Of a DNA stretch of 64,000 nt, positions 29,763 through 39,810 are shown one piece after another (the first letter of the stretch is position 1; every line of letters starts with the position of its first letter). The stretch comes from Gammaproteobacteria bacterium (GTDB lineage Bacteria > Pseudomonadota > Gammaproteobacteria > UBA9339), in NCBI GenBank assembly GCA_041664965.1, contig JBAYJT010000002.1:2877-66876 (forward strand), given 5' to 3'. Under the pieces are notes generated by a model that did no database searches, had not been told where the DNA came from, and worked only from the letters and a program-made list of their open reading frames with translations. The position numbers were made by a program, and so were the translations under genes.

Positions 29763-29931
29763 GTCTTTGGAAATAAAATTTTCGTTGCCTAAAAAAATAA
29801 AAGCATTTCCAAATTGCCCCAACCCCCACTACATGTATTTTATTACCCTATTTTTTTGCAACATCTTATAATTCTGTTTAATATACCACTTCCTTATTAA
29901 AATGATAGTGCTTTAAAAGAATACGGTCCCT

Positions 29932-29984
29932 AAAAACATGTCTACAGGATTTCTTTATAAATCAAAGAGTTACATTTTAAAGTT
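29932..29984 (+). repeat. family-A repeat, copy 5 (contains the only upstream in-frame ATG of the ArnT-like gene)
   Basis: The sequence is AAAAACATGTCTACAGGATTTCTTTATAAATCAAAGAGTTACATTTTAAAGTT. Confidence 0.85.
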
Positions 29985-31662
29985 GGGGTCTGAATATTTT
30001 TACCCACCTTCGAGAAGCACACTTGCCTGGCAATTCATCTCTCTTAGCCTGTTATGTTTAGCAACATTTTTCTACGGTATGACAAGTTATCCAATCGTGG
30101 ATATGAACGAAGGACTATATGCCGAAATCGCTCGTGAAATGCTAGTAACGCGAGATTACATAATTCCACACTTAAATTACATTCCCTATCTAGAAAAACC
30201 GCCTCTTTTTTATTGGTTAGTAGCTTTAAGTTATAAATTTTTCGGCGTTTCAACTTTCGCCGCCCGCCTTATTCCATCGCTAAGCGCTACTGTTCTTTCT
30301 TTCTGGTTTTGGCATTTTGGCCACAAATTAGGCAAAAATCGCCTTGGGTGGCTTACAGGAATGATCCTAGCTTCGGGTTTTGGCTATGTCTTAATAAGCC
30401 GTATTGTGCTATTCGATATGTTGCTTACCACTACACTAAGCATAGCGCTTTGCTGTTTTTATCTTTGGTATAAAAAAGAACAAAAATACTATTTATACCA
30501 AGCCTCAACTGCCCTCGCCCTCGCTTTTTTAACTAAAGGATTGCTTCCCATTGCTGTCTCTGTTTTTGTGTCGGTCTTATTTTTAATCATAATGCGTACA
30601 CCAAAACAAAAAATTCTAAAATTCTTTAACCTTGGCGCCATTCTGTTGTTTTTCGCCTTAACCTTACCTTGGTGCCTCTTGGCTGCCCACAAAATGCCAC
30701 ATTTCGGTTGGGATTATTTTATAAACGAACAATTCCTGCGCCTCTTAAATCAACGCCTGCCGCATGATTATCACACCGGTCCTTTTTACTTTTATCTACC
30801 TTACATTGTCGCCTATCTTTTTCCTTGGGGCCTGCTTATACCGACGCTGTTCAAACGCTGGCATGGAAAGATTTCGGATCAAGATTCTCTCAAGGTTTTA
30901 TGTTGGATTTGGTTTACTGTTGCTTTAATTACGCTTTCTTTATCGTGCGCCAAAGGGGCTTATTACATGGTAATTGGAACCCCGCCGCTGGCCATGCTCA
31001 TTGCACATCGCGTAGACAAAAATTTAGAAGATTCCCACCATAAGCCGCTACTGACCTTATTCATAATATCTAGCATAATTCTCGCAATAATCACAGCCTA
31101 TATCTTACATCATCATGTTCTGCCAGATGCTATGCATAAAAGATTCGTTTTGATAATGGCTGCTACCTTCCTTTTTTCCCTTCTGGGAATGTTTTTGATT
31201 TGGCGTTATCGTAAACCTATGCTTAGTTTTATACTCTGCTGCTGCCTCACACTACCTCTAATATTCTTTGGCATTCAGTTAGAAAAAAAAATGCAAACTG
31301 AATATAATCAGTCCGCTTTATCTAACTACATAAAAATCCACAACACAGAGCGTCCAGTCTATCTTTTCCAAGATTACGAAGAAATTTCTACTTTGCTTCT
31401 TTATCTGCAAAAACGCTTGCCCATAGTTGATTCTAAAAGTCGCGATTTATATCTAGGCCCTACCAGCCAAGAAGGAATCTCTTGGTTTATAGACAATAAT
31501 GAATTTATGCAGCGCATAGAAAAAGAAAAAGTTTATGTAGCGGTATTGCTAATAAAAATAGATCTCTTTAAAAAATTAATTCAAGATAAATATCAATTCT
31601 GCCCAGTTGCCAAAAGCAGTAATGCTATGATTTTTACGAATGATTTAACTGAATGCCAATAA
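29938..31662 (+). CDS. ArnT/PMT-like (GT39/GT83-type) membrane glycosyltransferase
   Basis: It is multi-spanning. DMNEGLYAEIAREML...YLEKPPLFYW is typical of the ArnT/PMT_2 family. The start is uncertain: the ATG at 29938 lies inside the repeat, and an alternative TTG lies at 29983. Confidence 0.75.
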   Translation: MSTGFLYKSKSYILKLGSEYFYPPSRSTLAWQFISLSLLCLATFFYGMTSYPIVDMNEGLYAEIAREMLVTRDYIIPHLNYIPYLEKPPLFYWLVALSYKFFGVSTFAARLIPSLSATVLSFWFWHFGHKLGKNRLGWLTGMILASGFGYVLISRIVLFDMLLTTTLSIALCCFYLWYKKEQKYYLYQASTALALAFLTKGLLPIAVSVFVSVLFLIIMRTPKQKILKFFNLGAILLFFALTLPWCLLAAHKMPHFGWDYFINEQFLRLLNQRLPHDYHTGPFYFYLPYIVAYLFPWGLLIPTLFKRWHGKISDQDSLKVLCWIWFTVALITLSLSCAKGAYYMVIGTPPLAMLIAHRVDKNLEDSHHKPLLTLFIISSIILAIITAYILHHHVLPDAMHKRFVLIMAATFLFSLLGMFLIWRYRKPMLSFILCCCLTLPLIFFGIQLEKKMQTEYNQSALSNYIKIHNTERPVYLFQDYEEISTLLLYLQKRLPIVDSKSRDLYLGPTSQEGISWFIDNNEFMQRIEKEKVYVAVLLIKIDLFKKLIQDKYQFCPVAKSSNAMIFTNDLTECQ

Positions 31663-31689
31663 ACGCAAGAGTAGGCACAAGGCCAGCCC

Positions 31690-32700
<1,011 letters not shown>

Positions 32701-33003
32701 TTAGGAGCGTTTACGTGTATCGCCGCCTTTGCTCTTATGTTTACTGAGCTGGCGAACCAATTTATCGACTAGCATATCAATGGTTTTGTACATATCTTCT
32801 GACTCGGCACTAGCATAGATTTCTGTGCCTGGTAAATGAATCTTTCCTTCAGCAATTTGACGCTGACTATCCACTGTAAAAACAACATGAACGCTAGTTA
32901 TTTGCTGAGCATAGCGCTCGAGCTTTTTAAATTTAGTATGAGTAAATTCACGCAGTGTTGGCGTGACAACGATATGATGGCCAGTGAATTGAATTTGTTG
33001 CAT
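32701..33003 (-). CDS. hpf: ribosome hibernation promoting factor (short HPF/YhbH type)
   Basis: The start is trimmed to MQQIQFTGHHIVVTPTLREF...ESEDMYKTIDMLVDKL. Confidence 0.88.
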   Translation of the reverse strand: MQQIQFTGHHIVVTPTLREFTHTKFKKLERYAQQITSVHVVFTVDSQRQIAEGKIHLPGTEIYASAESEDMYKTIDMLVDKLVRQLSKHKSKGGDTRKRS

Positions 33004-33022
33004 ACAGGACTCCTTCTTAAAG

Positions 33023-33748
33023 TTAAAGTAAAAATTCATCGCCTAAGTAAACTTCGCGCGCTTGTTTATTCGCCATAATCTCTTGCGGTGTACCATGTGC
33101 GATAATATTCCCATCATTGACGATATAAGCACGATGACAGATCGTCAAAGTCTCGCGCACATTGTGGTCAGTAATCAAAATACCAATTCCCTTTTCATGT
33201 AACTGCGTAATAATTTTTTTAATATCTATAACCGAAAGAGGATCTATCCCAGCAAATGGCTCGTCTAATAATATAAATTTCGGCTCCACAGCTAAAGCCC
33301 TAGCAATTTCAACTCGACGTCTTTCTCCACCTGATAAACTAATTCCTATATTGCTCCGCAAATGTTCGATATGAAATTCTTTGAGCAATTTTTCTAATCG
33401 ACGCGCTCTAGCTTCCTTACTCAAATTTGGTATAAGTTCCAAAATTCCCATAATATTATCAGCAACGCTAAGCTTACGAAATACTGATGCTTCTTGAGGA
33501 AGATAACCAACTCCCAACCGGGCTCGCTCATGCATAGCTAAATTAGTAATGTTTTGCTTATCTAAAAAAATCTCTCCATTTGAAGGAGGAACAAGCCCCA
33601 CAATCATATAAAAGCTAGTAGTTTTTCCAGCACCGTTTGGACCAAGCAAGCCAACGATTTCTGTGCTTTTAATTTGCAGAGAAATATCTTGCACTACTTT
33701 GCGCTTTTTGTAGATTTTTTCTAAATGTTCTGCTTTTAAAATATGCAT
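33023..33748 (-). CDS. lptB: LPS export ABC transporter ATPase LptB
   Basis: It has Walker [10 protein letters not shown], signature LSGGERRR and Walker B ILLDEP. It sits downstream of lptA. Confidence 0.93.
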   Translation of the reverse strand: MHILKAEHLEKIYKKRKVVQDISLQIKSTEIVGLLGPNGAGKTTSFYMIVGLVPPSNGEIFLDKQNITNLAMHERARLGVGYLPQEASVFRKLSVADNIMGILELIPNLSKEARARRLEKLLKEFHIEHLRSNIGISLSGGERRRVEIARALAVEPKFILLDEPFAGIDPLSVIDIKKIITQLHEKGIGILITDHNVRETLTICHRAYIVNDGNIIAHGTPQEIMANKQAREVYLGDEFLL

Positions 33749-33751
33749 AAG

Positions 33752-34258
33752 TTAAGCCTTGGGCTGTAAAACAATAGTTGTAAGGCTATTGGCTGATGGT
33801 TCGGAAAAAATAATCTGCCTTGCCAAATCATACTTTATGTGTTCACTATTAAATTTATTTTGATTTTGGTCAATTTCAGCAAGACCCGTCAGAAATATTA
33901 GATTTTTCATAGGGTCAAATTCAATTTTTTTAGCTTGGGCATCAACCGGGGTCTTATTTTCTTCCGAAATAGTGTGATATTTAGCTGGCTCCCCAAATGC
34001 TACCATGTTTTTTATTCCGTCATTACCTCTGTAAATAAACAGCGTTGGGGCCTCTAAATGGCTACTACCCTGGTCGAATTTAACATTACCAGAATAGATA
34101 CATACCAAATCTTTTTGCCGACATTCAGCTTTATCAGAATTTAAGTATGCAATTTGGGCACGATCACTATCCAGCGCCAAAGACGTATTAGTTACTAATA
34201 AAAACAAAGGGAAACAAAGAAAAAACCATCTGGCCACTTTTTGTTTGGTCATGATCAA
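33752..34258 (-). CDS. lptA: LPS transport periplasmic protein LptA
   Basis: It has a signal peptide and an OstA_N-like repeat pattern (YSGNVKFDQGSSHLEA...). It sits between lptC and lptB. Confidence 0.8.
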   Translation of the reverse strand: MIMTKQKVARWFFLCFPLFLLVTNTSLALDSDRAQIAYLNSDKAECRQKDLVCIYSGNVKFDQGSSHLEAPTLFIYRGNDGIKNMVAFGEPAKYHTISEENKTPVDAQAKKIEFDPMKNLIFLTGLAEIDQNQNKFNSEHIKYDLARQIIFSEPSANSLTTIVLQPKA

Positions 34259-34842
34259 TCGCCAACCTTTTTTTCCGGAGCATATTGCCCTTTTACTTTG
34301 GATAGAAGGTACAAAACACCGCTCTTCATATCTAACTTAGCTCCCACAGAGTCTACCACATTACTAGGCTGAGTGATAGTAATAGGCTCTGTGGTTTCCG
34401 CAAATTTGGTATCGGGATAAACAGTAAGAAATGTCGTCTTAATGTCTAATTCGGAAGCGCCTAAATTAGCGTCCGCAAACTCTGAAATGTTAACATTATC
34501 CTTAAGTTCAATAATGCTTTGTCCTTGTTTACTTATTCCATTTAACGCTCGAATATGCCAAATTTTCTTAGAATCATCTATAATTTTTAGCTCTGGAGCT
34601 TGCAAAACATAACGATCATCTTGCTGATAATGCGTAACATTTGGCGTAAAAAGCTGATGAACAATTTCTCCTGTTTCATCCATTTGCCTAAAAGTTACGC
34701 CTTGCATAAACATGTCAGGCTCTGTTGGCTGATCTTCGCCACTGTATATTTGACTGCGAATAATGTTAAAAGCCACAAACCAGCCAGTGCTTAAAGCAAA
34801 AAAGGCTAAGACGCAAAGTAAAGAAGAAAACTTGGTATTCAA
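34255..34842 (-). CDS. lptC: LPS export system protein LptC
   Basis: It has a single N-terminal anchor, is 195 aa, overlaps the lptA start by 4 nt, and sits in the conserved position. Confidence 0.72.
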   Translation of the reverse strand: MNTKFSSLLCVLAFFALSTGWFVAFNIIRSQIYSGEDQPTEPDMFMQGVTFRQMDETGEIVHQLFTPNVTHYQQDDRYVLQAPELKIIDDSKKIWHIRALNGISKQGQSIIELKDNVNISEFADANLGASELDIKTTFLTVYPDTKFAETTEPITITQPSNVVDSVGAKLDMKSGVLYLLSKVKGQYAPEKKVGD

Positions 34843-34864
34843 TTTTTTTACCTGAATTAGTATA

Positions 34865-35266
34865 TCAAGACGCGGTTGATCCTAGAATAGCCGGCTTTCT
34901 CCCTTTTTTTTGGTCTGCTCGCAGCAAACCCATACACATATAATTAACGCTAACGCTTTTGTCGACAACATTTACCACGCAAGTTGGTGAACAATTCTGC
35001 ATCTTAACGCTAATGGGAATCCACCAAGTTCCAGTGGTTTCATTGCACCAATGGCTATTTTTTAGTTTGCCAACTTTGGTACAAATTTGGCTATTTTTCG
35101 CTAAAGAAATAGCTTCAGTCAGACTCAGCTTAGATGTTGTATCTTTTTTTGTGCAATATTCTTCGGCTCTGGCTATCTGATTAATAAAAATCAAACAAAC
35201 ACTCAAAAGAACCAAACTCAACTTAAATTTACAACTCTTTGATTTTGAAGAAATTCTTGTAGACAT
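34865..35266 (-). CDS. small secreted Cys-rich hypothetical protein
   Basis: It has a signal-peptide-like LSLVLLSVCLIFINQIARA and 8 Cys in the mature part. It occupies the slot where kdsC usually lies. The first 12 codons come from family-A repeat copy 6. Confidence 0.5.
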   Translation of the reverse strand: MSTRISSKSKSCKFKLSLVLLSVCLIFINQIARAEEYCTKKDTTSKLSLTEAISLAKNSQICTKVGKLKNSHWCNETTGTWWIPISVKMQNCSPTCVVNVVDKSVSVNYMCMGLLRADQKKGRKPAILGSTAS

Positions 35267-35271
35267 GTTTT
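35220..35271 (-). repeat. family-A repeat, copy 6
   Basis: The reverse complement is AAAACATGTCTACAAGAATTTCTTCAAAATCAAAGAGTTGTAAATTTAAGTT. Confidence 0.85.
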
Positions 35272-35280
35272 CCTCTCACT

Positions 35281-36255
35281 TTAGGATAATCCAGCCCTTA
35301 AAATATCATGCATATGCACAACTCCTGCCAAACTGCCATCTTGTTTTAAAACAACCAACGATGTGATCGCATGTTTTTCCATCAAACGCAAAGCATCCAG
35401 CGCCAAAGCATTTTCCCGGATTGTTTTATATTTTTTGATCATCACATTCTGAATTTTTATTTCACGAAGATCACAAGACTTTTCAAGCACACGACGCAAG
35501 TCACCATCAGTAAAAATACCCACAGGAGCGTCTTTCAGGTCAACTACTAAAGTCATGCCTAGATGCTTACGCGTCATTTCCATTAAAGCTTCATTGATAG
35601 TAGATGTATCAGACACTTTAGGAACTTCTTTTCCTGTATGTATAAGATCGCCGACTTTCAGCAACAATCTCTTGCCTAAAGTTCCACCAGGATGTGATAG
35701 AGCAAAATCTTCAGCTGTAAATCCTCGAGCCTCAATAAGCGTAACCGCCAAGGCATCTCCCATAGCTAAAGCCGCTGTGGTACTTGCTGTTGGAGCAAGA
35801 CCAATTGGACAAGCTTCTTTGACAACGCTTACATCCAGATTAATAGTAGCTTCACGCGCTAGCGCTGAATTTGGGCTTCCAGTCAGAGCAATCAGGGGTA
35901 ATTGTAAGCGCTTTATTGCCGGCAAAATGGCTAGTATTTCTTGCGTATTTCCAGAATAAGAAATCGCTAAAACCACATCCTTAGGACTTAAAACGCCAAT
36001 ATCACCGTGGCTTGCCTCCCCTGGATGAACAAAAAAAGCGGGACTTCCAGTACTAGACAAAGTCGCAGCGATTTTACTTGCAACATGACTAGATTTCCCC
36101 ATACCAGTGACAACAATTCTGCCTTCACAAGCCAATAAATATTCACAAGCCTTAACAAAATTGGCATCAATACGAGAACTAAGCGCCAACACAGCGTCTG
36201 ACTCAATTTGCAGCACTTTCTTGGCCAATTGATAGATCTTTTGAGAATTTAGCAT
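35281..36255 (-). CDS. kdsD: arabinose-5-phosphate isomerase (SIS + tandem CBS)
   Basis: It has GRIVVTGMGKSSHVASKIAATLSSTGSPAFFVHPGEASHGD and C-terminal CBS pairs. Confidence 0.9.
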   Translation of the reverse strand: MLNSQKIYQLAKKVLQIESDAVLALSSRIDANFVKACEYLLACEGRIVVTGMGKSSHVASKIAATLSSTGSPAFFVHPGEASHGDIGVLSPKDVVLAISYSGNTQEILAILPAIKRLQLPLIALTGSPNSALAREATINLDVSVVKEACPIGLAPTASTTAALAMGDALAVTLIEARGFTAEDFALSHPGGTLGKRLLLKVGDLIHTGKEVPKVSDTSTINEALMEMTRKHLGMTLVVDLKDAPVGIFTDGDLRRVLEKSCDLREIKIQNVMIKKYKTIRENALALDALRLMEKHAITSLVVLKQDGSLAGVVHMHDILRAGLS

Positions 36256-36261
36256 TTTCGT

Positions 36262-38214
36262 CTAGATATTCTTAACTTTGGCAATCTGTTCTTGAAATAC
36301 TTTCACTTCTGCCAAAGCTTGTTTATAGAATTTGCTAATTATGACAGGGTCTTTCCCTTCCAGCAAATAATCATCTAATCGGGCACAAGCTTCTTGTGTA
36401 CGCTTCGCTCCACAATAGCTAGCCAAACCACGTATTTTATGCGTCATAACACGTAGGGCTTTAAAATCTTTGTTTTTATATATTAAAGTGAAAGATTTGA
36501 TTTTTCGCGGCAAATCTTTTTTAACGGAAGCAATTATAGTACGAATCATCTGTTCGTTATTTCCATAATTTTTACGCATCAGTACAAGGTTAATAATTTT
36601 ACCTGTAGTTGTGCTTTTCTTATCTGTCAAGACCTTGTTTGTTTTAGTTGGTTCTCTCCATCCCGAAATAAAAGTAACACAAAGATCCCTGGCTTTTTCT
36701 TCCGTTAAAGGCTTACTCAGCACAGCATTCATACCAACTTCCACACAATGTTTGGAATATCCTGCACTGCTATGAGCTGAAAGCGCAACTATCGGCACAA
36801 GATTATCTTTATTAACTTCTTGCTCACGAATACGCCTAGTTACTTCGTAGCCATCCATATCTGGCAATCCAATATCCATCAAAATAAGATCATAACTATT
36901 TGCTCTGGCTAGCTTTATAGCTTTAACACCATTGGATGCTATATCCACCGCGCATTTCATACGCCCTAAAATAATCCTACTCAGCTTCCCCATGAAAGCG
37001 TCATCTTCAACCAATAAAATCTTCCACTTTTTTCTTTTACTATTGGGCTTAGTTCTTTCCAGCACTGGCAAGTTATGAAGATTAGATATATCTCCTTGGG
37101 TTCCATGCTCTATACCAGAATCATCCTGTAATTTAGCCTCTTGCAAAGGAATCAAGCATATAAAAGCAGAACCTTTGCCCTTTTTACTCTCTACAGAAAT
37201 TGTACCGCCTAATTCTTCCACAAATTGCTTTACTATACTTAAACCTAAACCCGAACCAGGACAAGTCCCATTGTAGGAAGGAACTAGGCGCACAAAGCGC
37301 TCAAATATCTCCTCATTCTTTTCATCCGGTATCCCAATCCCTGTATCCCGCACAATGAGTCGAACGGTTATTTTATCAGCCTCTTTTTTAGCTAATTCTA
37401 CAGAAACCCTAACCTTACCCACAGAAGTAAATTTTAAAGCATTGTTAGTTAGTTCTAAGAGTATTCTCTGCAGCCTCATGCGATCCCCAAGAACATAACA
37501 TGGCAGATCCTTAGAATAACCGTATATAAATTCTAGCTTCTTCTCAGCAGCTTTAGCCCCATTCAATAAAACAATTTTATTTAGAGCATCTTTCAAATTA
37601 AATTTTTTATTAAGAAGCGGTAATTCACCAGACGTAGTTCGAATTGTATCCAAAATTTCATCCAGAAAATCAAAGAGAGTGCGGCCTGATGCTACAAGAT
37701 TATCGGCATATTCACGAGTTTTTTGCGGTTTATCAGCTTCTGCTTTAATAAGTTCTGCAAAGCCCACAATACCCGAAAGCGGAGTGCGAATATCATGACG
37801 CATGTTTTCTAAGAATTGAGATTTTGCCTCGTTGGCAGCCTCTGCTTGCTTTAATGCTTTCTCAAGCTTTTGTTCGGCAAGCTTGCGATCGGTGATGTCG
37901 AAACTTAATACTCTTATACCAACGCATTTTCCTTTATCAAAAAGAGGTTGTTTTATGGATAAATAATACCGCCCTTTAAATGGCTCTTCCTTTATAACTT
38001 TTGTTCCCACCCTCATTACTTCTTTGCAATGTTCCCAAGATGGAAGATCGATGTTTGCAGCATTTACAGAACCACGAGATATAGATGCAACCATTCGATT
38101 GTTTTGTACGAGATAGTCCCCATTAACGTCAATCACACTGTAATTAAAGTCTACTGAATCTAGGAAAAGCGAAAGTACATCGCCATTAGTTGTATCAAAA
38201 AGTTGATTGTCCAA
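36262..38214 (-). CDS. soluble hybrid sensor histidine kinase (PAS-HisKA-HATPase_c-REC-Hpt), copy 1
   Basis: It has a TTG start 6 nt after AAGGGAGGA. Motifs are the H-box NMRHDIRTPLSG, the N/G boxes DTGIGIP and GSGLGLSIV, the REC LILMDIGLPDMDG and the Hpt MTHKIRGLASYCGA. No hydrophobic segment is present. Confidence 0.88.
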   Translation of the reverse strand: MDNQLFDTTNGDVLSLFLDSVDFNYSVIDVNGDYLVQNNRMVASISRGSVNAANIDLPSWEHCKEVMRVGTKVIKEEPFKGRYYLSIKQPLFDKGKCVGIRVLSFDITDRKLAEQKLEKALKQAEAANEAKSQFLENMRHDIRTPLSGIVGFAELIKAEADKPQKTREYADNLVASGRTLFDFLDEILDTIRTTSGELPLLNKKFNLKDALNKIVLLNGAKAAEKKLEFIYGYSKDLPCYVLGDRMRLQRILLELTNNALKFTSVGKVRVSVELAKKEADKITVRLIVRDTGIGIPDEKNEEIFERFVRLVPSYNGTCPGSGLGLSIVKQFVEELGGTISVESKKGKGSAFICLIPLQEAKLQDDSGIEHGTQGDISNLHNLPVLERTKPNSKRKKWKILLVEDDAFMGKLSRIILGRMKCAVDIASNGVKAIKLARANSYDLILMDIGLPDMDGYEVTRRIREQEVNKDNLVPIVALSAHSSAGYSKHCVEVGMNAVLSKPLTEEKARDLCVTFISGWREPTKTNKVLTDKKSTTTGKIINLVLMRKNYGNNEQMIRTIIASVKKDLPRKIKSFTLIYKNKDFKALRVMTHKIRGLASYCGAKRTQEACARLDDYLLEGKDPVIISKFYKQALAEVKVFQEQIAKVKNI

Positions 38215-38253
38215 TTGATTTCCTCCCTTAAAAATTGTTTCACTTAAACAACG

Positions 38254-39462
38254 CTAGTTGCTTGGAACAACTTTTTGTGGCTGAGCAAATGTTGTACTAC
38301 CAGTAACTGCCATCTCTTGTTGCTGCGCCCTCTCCGCTTCCACAGCACGAATTAATACACTAAAGGGATCAACCTTCAGAGCACTAGGATCACTTATGTG
38401 TATTCTATATGAAATGTGAAATCCAATGAATTTTTGCGAATACTCCAGTGTAACAGGAGCAAACGATTTACTTACCTCTCCTTCGTAATTTTTTCTAGCT
38501 GCATCTATACTGGTTACTAATGTTGCTATAGCCTCCGCCCTTTTTGGTTCGTTAAATTGGATAACACATTCCCCCTTCCACACATGATTTTCTTTTGTAA
38601 AGGACATCTTTTCAGAAAAATCCGGAACCGGAGGAGAAGGCGATCGACCATTAAAAAAAGAACTTTTCCCTAGCAAACGCGGAGGACTACTTGGGACGGG
38701 GGGCCTACTAGAATTACTTCCTGATCCAGGTCTTACTGTTGGTGAAGGTGGTTTAAATTCATACCCCAAGTATAACGCACCAGGATATGGAGGATTACCC
38801 GTACCCACCAGCTTTTGTAACACATATCCGCTAGCGCTATTAAAACTAGGCGCAGGGTAGCAAACCACCTTGCCACAACATAAAAAAGCAGCACTTTCTG
38901 TAAAAAGGTATTCCTTAGCAGCTTCTACCGCTGCCCCTTTGTTTTGTTTATCTATTTGGTATCTATGAGAGTGTTCAAGAATAAGATCATCAACAATCTT
39001 CTTAAAAACTGGATCGGCACCATATAGCTTTGCTACATCTTCCTTCGCTCTAGGATATAGTTCATTATTTGTGATGTCTCGCCAATATAAAATATCTTCC
39101 TTCGATTTAAAGCCAAATGCTGGATCCAAATTATCTAACCTGCTAGCATTTTTGGCTATCCATTCATCATCTGCTTTTTTAGCTTCACCAGGCCCAACAT
39201 ATACTTCGAACAATCCCTCTCCGCTTAGCACTACTCGTACTTTCGAAATGGCCAATCGGGGCTGTCCTCCCTTTTCAATTGGCGCCAAAAGCCTATTCCT
39301 ATTAACTAGACCAATAAAATCATCAAGTTTTGCTCCAACCTGAACATTTTCACCTTTTCTATTTAGCCCCATGCTTAAAAACAAGTATAGCTCCACCGGT
39401 TGACCACCATTTTTTGTGTCAACAAAGGTAGACAAACTATCTGTAAATTTAGCTGTAAACAT
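38254..39462 (-). CDS. cyclodipeptide synthase (CDPS)-like protein with Pro/Ser-rich linker and unknown C-terminal domain (tentative)
   Basis: LFLS30MGL, E-Y185-LFT-E189-SAAF and VC-Y202-P203 match the positions and spacing of the AlbC catalytic S37, Y178, E182 and Y202(-P in XYP-type CDPSs). Residues ~228-283 are P/S-rich, followed by a ~120-aa unknown domain. Confidence 0.5.
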   Translation of the reverse strand: MFTAKFTDSLSTFVDTKNGGQPVELYLFLSMGLNRKGENVQVGAKLDDFIGLVNRNRLLAPIEKGGQPRLAISKVRVVLSGEGLFEVYVGPGEAKKADDEWIAKNASRLDNLDPAFGFKSKEDILYWRDITNNELYPRAKEDVAKLYGADPVFKKIVDDLILEHSHRYQIDKQNKGAAVEAAKEYLFTESAAFLCCGKVVCYPAPSFNSASGYVLQKLVGTGNPPYPGALYLGYEFKPPSPTVRPGSGSNSSRPPVPSSPPRLLGKSSFFNGRSPSPPVPDFSEKMSFTKENHVWKGECVIQFNEPKRAEAIATLVTSIDAARKNYEGEVSKSFAPVTLEYSQKFIGFHISYRIHISDPSALKVDPFSVLIRAVEAERAQQQEMAVTGSTTFAQPQKVVPSN

Positions 39463-39643
39463 GGTATTTATATCACTAAAGTTATACGAAATATTTTTAA
39501 ACCGTTGTTAGTCCAATCTAATTTAGGATTGAAATTAAAAGGGGAATCAATACAAAACTAGACACTTAAAACCACTCTTAGGCCTTAAGGAAAATGCCAT
39601 TATCCCTTATAATCTTATCCCTAAACAAACCTCTCACGCGCAC

Positions 39644-39706
39644 ATTATAACACAAAAACAAAGTAAGCATTAAACAGCCAAGTCTTACTCTTAAGATTAT
39701 TTTAAG
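39644..39706 (-). promoter_or_regulatory. conserved promoter region of CDPS-like gene 1: TTAA-N7-TTAA box, candidate -10 elements
   Basis: The minus strand reads cgcTTAAAATAATCTTAAGAGTaagacttggctgTTTAATgcttactttgtttttgTGTTATAATg. The same block is conserved at 43536-43597. Confidence 0.45.
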
Positions 39707-39733
39707 CGAATATTTAGCGTTGATGAAACACCT

Positions 39734-39784
39734 AAAAACATGTCTACATGTTTTCCTTATAAATCAAAAAGTTATAAAAATAAG
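39734..39784 (+). repeat. family-A repeat, copy 7
   Basis: The sequence is AAAAACATGTCTACATGTTTTCCTTATAAATCAAAAAGTTATAAAAATAAG. It contains the 8-bp inverted repeat AAAACATG/CATGTTTT. Confidence 0.8.
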
Positions 39785-39810
39785 ATCGAAAAAGGTCAAA
39801 AAATCGACTT

